Assembly (NCBI GenBank): GCA_008632985.1
Contig: QPGO01000022.1
Location: 124,001-188,000, forward strand
DNA length: 64,000 bases
Source: Psammoneis japonica
Taxonomy: Eukaryota
Direction of reading: 5' to 3'
Every line of letters starts with the position of its first letter. The stretch's first letter is position 1. Below, piece after piece: positions 11,807 to 25,200 of the stretch. Both the position numbers and the translations under genes were made by a program. The notes under the pieces are model-generated. The model did not search any database, had not been told where the DNA came from, and saw only the letters and a list, made by a program, of their open reading frames with translations.

Positions 11807-13728
11807 TCTTGAGTCGACAGGTGTTCTCGTGCTCGTGCTTGAGATTGCTCCTTCCTTCCATTCGCAACTCTGTGATTGTTGGTGGAGGAATCAATGGCAG
11901 CTGGCAGATCTGGATGAGCAAGAATGGATGAAGTAGAGCCGTGAGTAAAAAATTCGATGAAGTAGAACCAACAAAATAGAAACACTTACGACTCGAAGTG
12001 CGTTGTCGTTTCGCATCTCTGTCAGAAGAATCATCGACAGCGCCGGGCACTCGTCGAGTTCTGTGACGAAACTCAGGATCAGTGATGTTTGAAACCTCCG
12101 AATCTTGCGTTGACGAAATCTCAATGTGATCGACTGGAAGAGAAAACTCGGGATGTTTGGCGCGACTCTGGAAAGTGTCCTCTCGGTTGCGCTTCCTGAC
12201 GTCTTTTACGGCTCGATCCTCCGCTCGGCGTTCAGCACGTCTCTTTCGGCTTCGTTCTCTTCTGCGCTGTGCAGAGGTTGAAAACGAATCGGGGGTTCCA
12301 AATGCTGCATCCTGCGATCCATGAGAATGGTGCGCATGCGGCGCTCCAATATGTGCGTGTGGCGGCATGTGATGGGGAGCAGGAGGTGGACGAAAGCAAG
12401 GAGCCGACATCCAATGATCACAGGGAGGAGACAAAAAAGCTTGAGCCGGAGCACGCTGGCATCCAAAATTGGGCACACCCGGTGGCATCATGAAAGCATC
12501 GCAGGGGCGAGAGTTCCTCACATCGAGAGAGCCATGAACGACAGACGGGTTCCAGTCCTGGGTGGGACTTTTTGTGACATTTGCCCCGCAGAATTCTGCG
12601 TGCGAGCTCTGTAGTTCGTACTCTGGTTGATGGATGTGTTTGTCTTCGACATGAAACAAACAGCCAAGTTTGCAGTGCACACATCTCTGTTCACACTCGA
12701 AGTTTTGGACAATGCGCCTGCCCCATGCCACTCTCAAGACACTCGAGAATGGCGCAGAAGAAAAAAATGTTAAAAGTTGTTGAATGGATCGCCTGACAAT
12801 TGCACTATAAAATGACACAAAATTTTGCCAAAATCATGTAGAAATGTACGTGCGCGACATGCGACGCGATTCAAAAAACCATCGATGTCACAGTTCAGCA
12901 GTGCGAGGTCCCACCCAGACCTGGAACGCGTCGACAGGAGGAGAAAAAGCAACACCATTTCGAATGCATTCGTTCCACTCATCAATCAAAGAAGCTTGAG
13001 ATTTGGTGGAATGGGTCGATGCGGGCGATGCAGGTTCTGGAGCTTCCGGTGGAACGTCGGGTCCGGCGGAAAAGAATGCCTTCTCAACAAGCTCTTGCTC
13101 CTTTGGATCCGTTGTCGCTTGTCCCACCAGATGACGAGTGGGCATGGGAAAGGAAGCAAAAGGAAAGAGGAGGATGAGTGTAGATGCAAGAGGTGCAATC
13201 TTCATCGTGTCGAAAGCGATGTCGAGACGAGACGATGAGTTTTGTGTTTGGCGGGATTTTGTTTTCCACGGGAAAAGTGAGTGGCGAGACCTCGTTTCAA
13301 TCAAGAGCTCGCAGGTGCGGAAGTTGGGTGCGACTGTTCGTGGTTGAATGTTCATTGAAATTGATGTAGAATCCTGCTGAAATCAAGTTGAGTTCTGTTT
13401 TACCGACAGTGACTCTGTTTTGGTGACAGTGGATGTTTCACTGTAAAAAATCTGTGGGTGTTTTGAGAAGCGCTTCGGGGAAACTCTGTTCGGACCGTCA
13501 AATGGAATTTTTTTTATGCAGATTCCAGAGTTCTTTCTGGGTGTTCTGCAAGATTTTTGAAATGGCACATGCATGTGTTAGAGGCACAAGCAAATTCAAT
13601 GACATGCAATGGCCTCAGAGACTGACACAAATTTATCTTCCATGTGGACCGCGTAGATTGTGCACCGGCCGAAAATCCACCGCCTGTCAACTCATCAGCA
13701 GCAATTCTACGTACATTCTACATGCACC

Positions 13729-14780
13729 TCACACACGCACACACACCTGCACAGTCCAATGACCACACACTGCGTGCGCGAGATCACCAGTTTCCATCCC
13801 AACGATGCATCCTTTCAATGAGGATTCGTGAGTGTCTTGAAGAGGGCTCTGCCACGGAAATGTGAATGAACATGCCACATCAGCAACTCCCGCCTTGCAT
13901 TCCCGTGCGCTGCGTTTTTCGAAAATGGACAATGCAAGCTTTCCAAATCTTGATGCCTCGCTCAATTTCCCAAGTGAGCACTGCACAATTCCATGCTGAG
14001 TGAAGGCAAACAAAGACAGATTTGTCTCCCGTCACGCAGCGTGTGCTTCATTGAACGAAGCAACAGAACAACAAACAAAGTGCTTTTCTTTGACCAGAAG
14101 GCACATCGAGCAATCAAAATGATCGCCTTCATTGCGCTCATCTTGTGATCGTCCGTCATTTGTGGTGGAGAGAGAAGGCCATCATTGTCCAACTTGCGCA
14201 CCATTTTCTTCACTTTTGTGTTGTCACGCAAGACATGTGGCACAGACGGTCTCTCGGGCATGATTTCTCCCAGCTGGGAGAGCAGCTCAAGACAAATTTT
14301 AACAGCTTTGTCACACTTTCTCTGGTTGGCAGAGAGGGACTCTATGATGGCAAAATGCACAGGGACCTCATCGTCAAGAGATCGAGCATTTGACAGCACC
14401 TTGTCTGACATGAGTCTGCTCAGTTCAATGTTCCCATTTCTTAGCTCCATTTCAGCCGAAGCACTGTGTGGCTTCAAGTTCAAGTTGTGCTCTTCGTTCC
14501 AACTGTTCTTCTGGTCTTTCAGCAGTGCAATGCCACATTGGAGGTGTTCTGCGCTGGCACAAAAGCAAATGTGCCCATTGCAATCTTGGCGGCTTCTAGG
14601 TTCAGCTTGGTTGATTGTGTTTTGGCATGGTCAGATGAGATGCACCTTGAACCAAGGTTCAATTGATGCGCAGCAACAACCAGCAACACCTCCTTTGATC
14701 CTTTGCAAGAGGTGCTGCTGCACCATGTTGTTTTGTCAATCTCAATGTGTGACTTGTCCTTTTCGTCCCTGCCAGCCCTG
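13729..14780 (-). pseudogene. Fragment of a diatom AAA-ATPase/TPR-like ('multi-sensor kinase'-type) gene family member, hypermutated
   Basis: AEMEL..G......D.VL.NARSL.D, LELLSQLGE..P, A.RFGKLAL and G...GMETGDL resemble the helical C-terminal region of this expanded diatom family. Tyr positions appear as H/C. Confidence 0.55.
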
Positions 14781-14819
14781 AGCAAACAAGCGGCTCATTG
14801 GACACAATCACGCGAGAAC

Positions 14820-15846
14820 TGGGAAGCAAGCGCTTCTTTGCTGGGTCAGCGCACCGCCCACTCAAGACAGGAAAGGAATCCGGGTGGGCACTTGAGACTT
14901 TTGCAGGCGAGTGGTGTTTGTTGTGTGCATCATTCGCACGACACGTGAGACACACAACAAACCATTCTGTGGCAATGCTTCTGAAATTGCCTCCTCACTC
15001 CTTGACTCTTTGTCCCTCTCAAACAAACACGAAGAATGAGGAGCTCTCTCTCAAACCGTTCATGTCAGGCTGTCAGTTTCTCTGATGGAAGGACAGACGT
15101 CAATGTGACACGTCAGATGGACTAGACCGCAACGTTTCCGCCAAAATCCTTCCCACTTCCGTGCTCTGCTGTGACAGCGGCTGCCGCCGCTTTGGCAGCT
15201 CGTCCCCTTGTGCTCTCTCAGGCCAGTCAACAGCGGTGTTGGCGGCAAGCGCTTCTTTGCTGGGTTGGCGCACCACCCACTCAAGACAGGAAAGGATTCC
15301 AGAATCCTGAGTGCCTCCACCACAGGGCCAAACGGCACCAAATTGGGAAGGGTGGGTGGGTGCCGGTGGACAATCCAAAATGACTTGGCGGGAGCAAAGG
15401 CCGGCAATGACCTTGAAGCATCTGTCCACAGAGGGAGTGGATGGAAGGGAGAATGAGAGGTGTTGTTGAAAAAAGAGGAGAGGAAAAAATTTTGGCAAGG
15501 CATGGAAAACCTTGGTGCAAAGCCGGGCAAAAAACCCGGCCAAGCCAAAAATGCAGCATCTGTGTCTTTTGCAGGCAAGTGGTGTTTGTTGTGTGCATCA
15601 TTCGCGTGACACGTGAGACATGCAATGAACCATTCTGTGGCAATGCTTCTGAAATTGCCTCCTCACTCCTTGATTCTTCATTCCTCTCAAACAAACAGGA
15701 AGAACAAGGAGCTCTCTCTCAAACCATTCATGTCAGGATGTCAGTTTCTCTGATGGAAGGACAGATGTCAATGCAACACGTCAGATGGACTGGGCTGCAA
15801 CGTTTCCGCCAAAATCCTTCCTGCTTCCGTGCTCCGCTGTGACAGT
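14820..15846. repeat. Local direct duplication: about 280 bp block (14898-15178 vs 15567-15846) plus about 60 bp block (14826-14881 vs 15245-15300)
   Basis: Near-identical ttttgcaggc.agtggtgtttgttgtgtgcatcattcgc...ctgtgacag and gcaagcgcttctttgctggg...aagacaggaaagg. Confidence 0.9.
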
Positions 15847-18800
15847 GGACACCACCCCTGTGCAAGGGAAGAGTGTGGATGTGATGGCATGGTGATGTGA
15901 TTTAGACGTCATCCAAATTTTTGTGTGTTGTCATTTAACAAAATTTGGCATTTGCACACAAATGCTCACAGTGTCAGGGAAAATGTGTTTGTTGGTGAGA
16001 ATGTGAACACATGCAACTCAACGCATGTGATTGTGTCATCACACACCACAACCACCTGAATCCCACAGCAGCCCTTGCACAGGGGTGGGCAGATGCCTTT
16101 TCCTGCCAGCTGCCAGCAGAGGGATCATACACTGAAGTCTGGGAAAGCAGCAAATGGAAGACAGCCAGACGCTTGGCACATTTTCTACATGGAAAAACAC
16201 CCGGGTTCTTGTCCACCATCATGTGGAACTCTGATTCACAAACAGTGATTCATGGGCAAAAATGGCCTCTGCATGTTCTGTGTTTTTGACAACAAAACAA
16301 CACGGTGAAGTGCAAGGCACCATGGAAGAATGCCATGGCGTGATGCTGTTGGATGTTTTCATCCTCGGCATTCTCTGTAGAAATGCAGCAGAGTTCAGCA
16401 GCGAGACTTGTGTGAGTTTGTGTGGGGCTTTGCAAGTTTTTGCGTGTGTGTCGAAACCGTGAAAGATGGGTGCAACACAGAAATCCACTTGATGAGGTGT
16501 GGTCTGTCCAACCTCACGTTGCTCCCAGACTTTAGTGCATGATCCCTTGCCTTTTCAATGAGGCAGGAATCTTTCGAAAATGACCCGTGACGTAAAACTC
16601 ATAAAACAATTGTGGGCGCCTGTGGAATCTACACATTTTTGCACTGAAACTTTTGTGTTCACACAATTTGTGCAAAAATGGACTTGACTGTTGTCAGGTC
16701 AGGCGCATTTTTGCAAATGCGTTGAAGAAAAATGTGCCTGATCACTTTACAGTCAAGTCCTTTTTTTGCAAAGTTAAAATTCACCAAGGACAGACAGACA
16801 GACTTTCCGGCGATTGTCTTGGTGCTGTTCACACATTTTTGCGCAAATGACTCTACAGCGCGAAAGATTGCCATTGTCCCTCATCACCAGTGGATGCCAG
16901 ACAAGGATTTTTATTGTCTCTTCCCCCGCTCCCTTCCTTTCTTCAACCCACCTTAAACAACGGCACAGCCCTTCTCTTTCTCCCCTTTCTCAACCAGTCA
17001 TTTCTCCAGCCAAATTGCAGGGCCCTGCACAACCACCCCCTTGCCCCCACACCACCCTTTTTTGACACCTCCTGCAGCCCATTTCTGGTTTCTCCATTCT
17101 GAACCCTTCCCCACGATTGTTCCTGCGATGTCGTTGTGATTCACACAACAGCCCTTTTCTCCATCCCCTTTCCAGGATTCCTTCCCCGACAACTCTTGCA
17201 GCTCCCACGACTTTGATCGTGACTCCTTCAACTGCCTTTTTTTGATGACCTTCTCCCAAGTCACCCCATCATTGAACAACCCCAACTGCCCCCACCCAAC
17301 AACATCACCCCAATTCAGCACCCACCCAATCATTTTCTCCAACACTTCCTCTCCCTTCACGACACACAAAAACTCAACTCAACGCGTGAAAAAAACAACT
17401 CAATGCATCAACCAAGACGCCGACTTCAATCTTGCCTTCCGCACCCTCCTGCACTCTGCCATGTCTTCCCCACAGGACAAATCCAACTGGCCCTCTCTTC
17501 AAGAAAGTGTCCAGAACTCCCAAACCCAAGAGTCTCCATCACTGCTCCCCACCCCTGCCACTTTGCCAAATCCACCTGCGTCTCTGCCCAAGTCTCCACC
17601 CAAATCTCTGCCCAAGTCTCCGCCCCAAACTGTTTGTGCATCCCTTGATTCTTCCTCTGTTTCTGCTGCTGCTGCCACCCATTCTATGGCCAAAACCTCC
17701 AATGACTCCAACACCCAAATGCACGTTGATGCTCCCGCTGCTCTCCATGACTCCATGACACATCTTGCCACTGTTGAACTCCTTCTTCAATTTCTGCGGC
17801 CATCCGACCCTGCCAACAAACCCGAACCAGCTCTCAATGCAGATGGAGTCAAACCTGTCATCCAAGACACTCTCCACATGCACACCACCCACAAACTTCA
17901 CATCCTCTTCAAGATGGCTCATGTCACCTTCCCTGAAACCAAACGCCACTCCCGTCCCCATCACAACCAATGGGCATCCTGTTTCGAGATCACCCTGGCC
18001 CCAGTCACTTCCAACAAACCTTTTGATTGTTGCCTCTTCCACGACCAAGTGCTTCGTTTTGCTCCGCAAAAACGGCACCTTCATGCTCCCCAACAATTCA
18101 AACCCCACTCTGCCACCTCTGACCACCCAAACTTCCTCCCTTCAGACGCAAAAGAAATCCCGGTGTCCTCCAACCCTTGGAGCCAACATGCCACCTTCCT
18201 CACCCTGGCTTGCAACTCTTTTGCCAAACAAGCCCATGGAATTCTTGCCCGTGCAAATCCCAAGACCTGTGGTCAATCCAGACACACATGTGAATTCCTC
18301 CTTCAGCAACTGTTTGACCACGTCAAATCCCTCCTGCCTGCCACCTCCTCAGACCCCAATTTCACCTTCCTCAATCACGTTGGGATCCAACCCTCCCATT
18401 TCCTAAGTTTCTCTGAACACACCACCAACATCCCCAAATCCGATGTTCATTTCCTCCTCACCACTTCTGCACCAGCAACATGGACTTCACTTTTGTCCAT
18501 CGTCAACCCCGCCAACACACCACCACTGATCATCCACATCCTTGGCCTTTCTCTTTTGGTGATTCCATTTCCCTCCTTTCAAAACACCCTCGCGCCTGCA
18601 GGCTGTCAACAGATGCCAAACCAACTGCTGCATCACAATTTCAAGCCGCTTGAACATCTCCGCACCCTCCAACTGCAACAAACTTCTTGCCACTCCCAAC
18701 CTTTGTGGAGTCATCCCCATTTTCTTCAATCATGATGACACCCTGATCAAACACAAGCTCCTCTTCTTCGCCACTCCCTTCATTGTTGACATCACTGATG

Positions 18801-21800
18801 CTGCCCTTCACCTCTGCCTTGGCATTCCCAAGACCCCACTCAAAGACTTGCCTTCTTGCCACCTTCCTCCATCTCCCACCCAAACATCTGCATCCTTTGC
18901 TCAAGCAGCCACCAAACCCTCAGGCGACACCCCATCCGAAATGGCTCTGTCCTTCCTCAAAGCTTCCTGGCAGCCTGCGCCACCACCAACACCCACAACA
19001 CCACAGATCACATTGACTTCTCCATCTCACAACACCAAGAAACGCTCCCATCCCCACAACCTCAACGGATCCAAAACCACCACCTTGGAACAAGACACCC
19101 TGGCCATTGCAGCCACCAACATTGAGAACACCCCACAACTCAACTGAACTGACACAGACTTCAAGCATTCCCAATGCAACCTTGAGCTCCTTGATGTCTT
19201 TGACCAATGAGTTCATGCTTTTGCCCCTGCACACCTTGACAAATGATCCAAACTCACTCAAGATGCAACTGCATCCAATCAAGACCCCAACGCACTTTGC
19301 CCAACCCTCCAGAAATGGAGCCCTTCGGCACCCACACCCCGCTGGGGGTTGTCAATGGTTCATGCCCCTTTGAGGGCTGCTTTTTTTCTCTTGTGCACAA
19401 TGCTCTTCCAAACCAAGCACCTGAGCTCCTGTGCGCCCACCTTTCTTCTGTTCATGAACACTGCAGTCTCTGTGCATCCATGCCACCACTGCCAACGCAC
19501 CACCAAAATGCACCTCCGCAATGCATGCTCACATGCCCATGTGTGCAACACTCATTGTCAACCTCACTCAGTCACTGACATCCAGCTCATCGCATCCTCC
19601 TGCCCACGTCAAGAGCTCACTGATTGGCCAGCCTCCCTTCAGTGGCTCGACTCTTCACCTCTGTCACCCCCGCCTTTTTGCGCCTCCATTTGGCACAAGC
19701 CACCTTCATCCTCCCGCCTTCAAGTTCTTCTCACCCTGCACCACCTCATCCAATGGACTGTTGACTCCTCCAAGCCTTTTGACCTCACCAATGATCCACC
19801 CCCACCCTGGCAAACATCCTCAGAACCCTTTTTCAAGCTTCTTTTCCTCTTTGAATCCCTCATCCTCTGCCCACGACCCAAGGATGCTAAGATCCCCATG
19901 TCAACCTCCATCACTCAACACCTCTTCCTTTTCTGCAACTGCTCCATCCAAACCCTGCACAACAACTCATGTTCCGCAGCAGCCCCTGACGTCTCTGACG
20001 AACCTCCCAACTTTGATGACACATCATGCATCCACTCCACCCAACTTGCTGCGAACATCAACAACCTTCACACTGCCTGTGCCCGAGTCACTTCCTCCCT
20101 TGCCATTGCACCCCTGACCCCTGAATGCATGGAACTTGTCAAACAACTCCACCCACCACACAAACACCCACCCCTTCCTTCAGCTCCATCCACTTGACAC
20201 CACCACCCTGCCTCCACCCCTCTGCACTTTACCATGGATGACCTTCAGAAAGCACCAGCCAAATGCCAACCTGGCAAAGCACCTGGTGCTTTTGCCAACT
20301 CCACTGACCTTTTCAAAGCCTGCACCCTTCACCATTGCTCTGCACCAACATCTTCCTCTCACCCTTGTCTGCTTGCCTTAAGTGGCTCCTTGACCTCATC
20401 CTTGCCACAGAGACATCCCTGCATCTGTCAAGCCTGCTTTCTCATTCAACTGCTTCCTCACCCACATGAAGACAAATCAACCTCTCCAAACTCCACCCCA
20501 ACGGCATTGGCACTGCCTTGCAACAAATTGTCTGCACCCTCATCATGTTCCTTCTTGCCACCACCTTTGCTGCTAACCTCCTCCTCTCTGGCCAATTCAA
20601 AGTTGGCGTCAAAGGCGGCCTCAACTGCCTCATTGACACCACCTGCGCCAACATCAAACACTTCTTCCAACCTGAGTCAACACCAACAAAGGCTCTCCCA
20701 CTTCTAAACCTCTCCAGCTGTTTCAATGAATGCTCCCATGATGCTTGCCGTGACACCCTTGTCAACTCAGAGGAACACCGTTCCATTGCACCTTTCTTTG
20801 ATCTGCTTTGTCACAACCCCAACACCTGTTGCTGTCAAGACCATCATCTGCAATTGTCTTCCTTCTCTCAACCCAAAGGTTTCACCCAAGGCTGTCCCCT
20901 GAGCCCCACCTTTTCCTGCCTTGTCCTTGCCCGTGCATTCAAGCCCATCAATGACAAACTGCACCATCAGCTTCCTCCCTGCTCCAAATCTGCCACCTCA
21001 TCTTGTGTCATCGACGCCCACACATTCCTCCCCTTCTCTCAACTTCCTTGTTTCCTCAAGCGCCTTTCTGCTCTTGGCCCTCAATTTGGAATCAAACTCA
21101 ATGCATCCAAAACCAAAATCCTTCCATCTGCATTGGCACCTCTCCCATTGACCGCCTCCCACCTGCTGATGCTCAGGCCCTCTCTGAAGCCCTCTCCTTT
21201 CTCAATCCCACCAACAACCCACAGGCCAAACCTGAACTCACATCCGGCATCCACTTCCTCAGCCAACCCATCAGCTCCTTTACCTTCACCATTGACTTCC
21301 TCCATGACAAAGCCATTTCCTTTGCCATGGATCTCTGACGCCTCACCAACCACCTCACTGAAAATCAAACACAAAGCACCCTGTTCCACAAATGCTCCAT
21401 CCCCTCTGTCACCCACCTCTTCACATCTGATGCATGCCACAACCTCAAGCACTCCAACAACTTTTCAACCCCTCCTTCCAATGGGCATCTCCTTTTGTCA
21501 ACAAGGTCATTGGCCACTCCCTGCATTTCCTTGCTCATCTTACTCAACACACTGCCCCCATTCCCTCCTCAGCCAAACTCATTGCCAACCTCCCCATTTC
21601 ATTGGGTGGAATTGGATGCCAAGACATCTCTGCTGTCACCATCCCCACCCTCATTGCCTCCCTTGCCAGATCAATGCGCCACACCAAACACGGCATCCCA
21701 CTCACCGGTGGCAATGTGTTTCATCTTCCTTCAAGCCACTCTGCCGCTCTTGGCTCATGGTCTAACCCACACTCCACCCTTTCCCTTTGCCACATTTTCC

Positions 21801-21884
21801 ACTGCTGCACCCACGTCCTCCTCCAACTCAACTCTTCCTCCTTCACCTCCCTGACACACGCTGTTGAACACCACAACCTGCAAG

Positions 21885-22261
21885 TGCACTGTGCTCAAAG
21901 AACAAGTGCAAACAAAAGTAGAATGAGGTGTGAAAAGTGAAAATTGTGAGATTCATTTCTGGTCAATCATTTTGGGTTTCTCTGAATGAACTCTCAATGG
22001 CCCAAAGCTTTTGTGCTGCTTCCACAGGCAAAAGGCCTTTTGGAGAACAAGATTGTGACAACAGATTGTCTGGGTGCAATTGATGTTGACACATGAGATG
22101 TCAACATCATCGTACAATCGCACTTGCATTTTTTGACATCCAATCAGTTCTGTGTGATTGATCTGTCCTTTGTACAAACCCACAATTGACGTGCGATTGA
22201 AACATCATTTTGTTTGACACATGGATGTGCACACATGATGTGCGCAACAATGCATGTTGCA
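21885..22261 (-). repeat. Gypsy 3' LTR (about 377 bp, TGCA...TGCA)
   Basis: Aligns along its full length to 26697-27075. Confidence 0.9.
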
Positions 22262-25200
22262 CTCGCCTCCCCAATTGCACATTAGAGTCAGTCGTTAAAT
22301 GGTGTCACACCATGGATGTTGACTGTGTCCACAACATCACTGTGTTTGATCTGTGCTGTGCCATTGGTGTGTGCCATTGTCATTGCATGCAGTCCAACAC
22401 AGGGCTGTTCTAATTTTTGAGAGTCTTTCTCAAGTGGTGTCTTTTCTCCTGCTCTGTGCACATGAGGAGCATGTCAAGCATTCTCTTGAGCATTGTTTTT
22501 ATTTGTGATTTCTTGTTTGCGCTGCTGGATTGATGTCCAGTCTGTGACATGTTGGACGTTAAATGTCATGTCTCCATTGAAGACTGGTTGTCCTGGGAAT
22601 GCAGCTTGCACAGTGGTGTGATGCGTTGAATGCACTGGAAATGCTGCTGCTGACAATGTTCCACCAAAAGGATCCTCAGCATCCAGAGGTGCATGTTGCA
22701 GATCAAATGCACGGATCATGTTTCCCAGTGCTTGATGCACGTGTTCAACAATTGCGTTTGCTTGTGGATTTCATGCAGTTGTGGGCTTGACTTCAGCGCC
22801 ACAATCATCTTGCACCACATCTTTAAATTGGTGTCTGATGAACTCACTTCCACGGTCACATGCAATTGACAATGAATGGCCAAGGGTGTCTGCTTGGCCA
22901 TGTCCATTCCAATGGTCCAGCTGCAGTTGTGGATTCCTCATTTGAGATTTCCACAACTTCAAACCATCAGGTTGCTGGATCAATCATTGTCAAGCATTTC
23001 AGGATTGGGGGTTTCTTCTTTCCCTTGCAGCACATTTTGCATGGTCCAATGAGATCCACAAACAGTCGTTCCCATGGCACTGATTCTGCACACTTGGGAG
23101 GTAAATGTCCACATTTCTTGTGTTTCTTTTTGAATTTCTGGCACGTCTCACATGTCTCGACACGTGTTTTTGCATGTCTTCATGCAAGGTGGACCACCAC
23201 AAGTGTTGTGAGATTGTTTCTTCAGTTCAATTTGTGCCACAGTGAAGAAGGTCATATGATGCCAATCTGTCACTGCCTTTTGCAACATCTTTGGAACAAC
23301 AATTTTGTCCTTGTGACATGTGAGCAACTGGTCTCGCTCACCTCCACAAAAAGTCTTTGTGTGAAATGTCTTGTTTGACAATTTGGAGAGAATGTCTTTG
23401 TCCCATTTTTGTTCAGTGTCAAGAACTTGGCAATTTAACAGAAAGACATTGTCGCAGGATTTTGGCAGGACCTTTCCAGCCAATTCTTCTGTGTTGAGGT
23501 TTTCCACAGGTTCTGTTTTCTTCACAGCAAGTCGGCTGATTGCATCTGCAACAATGTTTGCCTTGCCCTTGAGATGAGTTGTTTTGGGACTGCACTCTTC
23601 TGTTGTTAGATGCCAATGCATGACTCTGTCCGTTGTGAAATTTTTGTGGGTGAGATTTTTTGTGATCTGTGCATGTGCTTGTCTGTTGGTCAAACAGCAT
23701 GTTTTGGAACTCTTTTGACATCTCCACTGTGGACAACAGTTCTTTTTTTGTTGCAGTGTGGTGCGTCTGCACTCCATTCAGCTTGCAGCTGCAGAAGGCA
23801 ATTGGTTGGTTGTTCTGTGCAATGACCGCCCCCAATTGAGAATTGCTTGCATCAGCATGCATCTCAAAGAAGAGCATGTTGAAATTTGGACATGCAATGA
23901 CAGTGTGTCTTTGGAGATGATGTGCTTCACATTTTGAAGGCTTTTTGTTCTGTTTTGGTCCATTGCCACTTCACCTGGGTTGAGGTGAGTTTGGCCAAAG
24001 GAGCTGGAACATGAGATCATTCAGGCCACATGTCTTGACAGCAGTTGATCATGCTGACAAAGTGTTGCAATTCCTTGCAAGTTTTGGGAGTTGCGATTGC
24101 ATGAATTGCTTCTGCTTTTTTTGGAATTGCACTGATGCCATTGCAGGTGACATGAAAGCCCAGATGGTCTGCTTTGGGTTTAGCGAAAAAAGACTTTTCA
24201 GTGTTGATTTTCAGTCCGGCTTGCTCAAGGTGCAGAAACACTCTTTCAAGCTTTTTGAGGTGGTCTTGAATGTCACCTTTTGTGAGGCACAGCATGTCAT
24301 CAATGTGGGTTCTGATGAACTCCAAACCTGCCATGAGTTCACTCACGTGCTCTTGGAAAATGTCTGGAGCTCCACAGATTCCCACAGGGAGTCTGCAGCA
24401 TTCACATTTGCCCCAAGGCATGACAATCATGCACAAACAACGTGCATGCGGCGTCAACTTGATGTGACAGTGTCCCATGTTTAAATCAAGGGACGTTGCA
24501 TGCACAAAACGTTCAAGCTTCTGTGGCATGTCCTGAACATTGGGTGGAGGAAATGGAGCATGCATTGACCTCTCATTTGGCTCACACAAGTTGGGTGGGA
24601 GCCAAACTTGACCATTTTTCTTTGGTTGAACAAAGGTTGGAGCTGCCCATTCAGAACAATTTGTTTTTCTCAAGAGCTTCAACTTGCACAGTCTTTCAAC
24701 TTCCTTTTGAGCAGTTGCCTCCAAGGCTTGTGGTGCAGGAAATGGTTTGGCATGATGCGGACTCACGTCTGATTTCAACTTCAAATCCACCAGTTTCCCA
24801 GTCCATTTGCCCAGAGAACCATCGAAAAGGTTTTCAAATCTTTTTAAGAGGAAGTTAAGTTGCTTCTGCTCTTCTGGAGTTAGATGAGTTGCTGCTGCTG
24901 TTACATTGTCAAGGTCAGCAGCATGACAGTCTGAGTCAAGGATCCGATTGACCCTGTCATCAAGACCAACCACAGCATGAGATTCCTCAATCTGATTGGC
25001 AATCAACTTAAAAACATTGGCATTGAAGAGTGTGTCAACATTCTTCATTGGTGCAGTTGCATCCTCCCATTTGATCTCTTTGTCAGAAAAGTCTAATGTG
25101 GTTTCAAGACTCGACATTAAGTCACATCCCATGATCATGTCATGATGACTCAAAGAAGAAGAGGGGTGTCATCAACACACACAGTTGTTTCAATCATCTT

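Larger units (their letters stand above)
5255..13700 (-). mobile_element. Helitron-type rolling-circle transposon (Rep + PIF1 helicase), decayed
   Basis: Rep/Helitron_like_N motifs AFPALFPCGDGD, GMPTLWFAFSAADNHW, DNPHIVDAFF and HUH motif EHQAPGTAHVHG. PIF1 motifs GMGGAGKS, LILDEFSM, GDPGQLPP, TIWKAQGQT and TAFSR. Boundaries approximated from the composition change. Confidence 0.85.
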
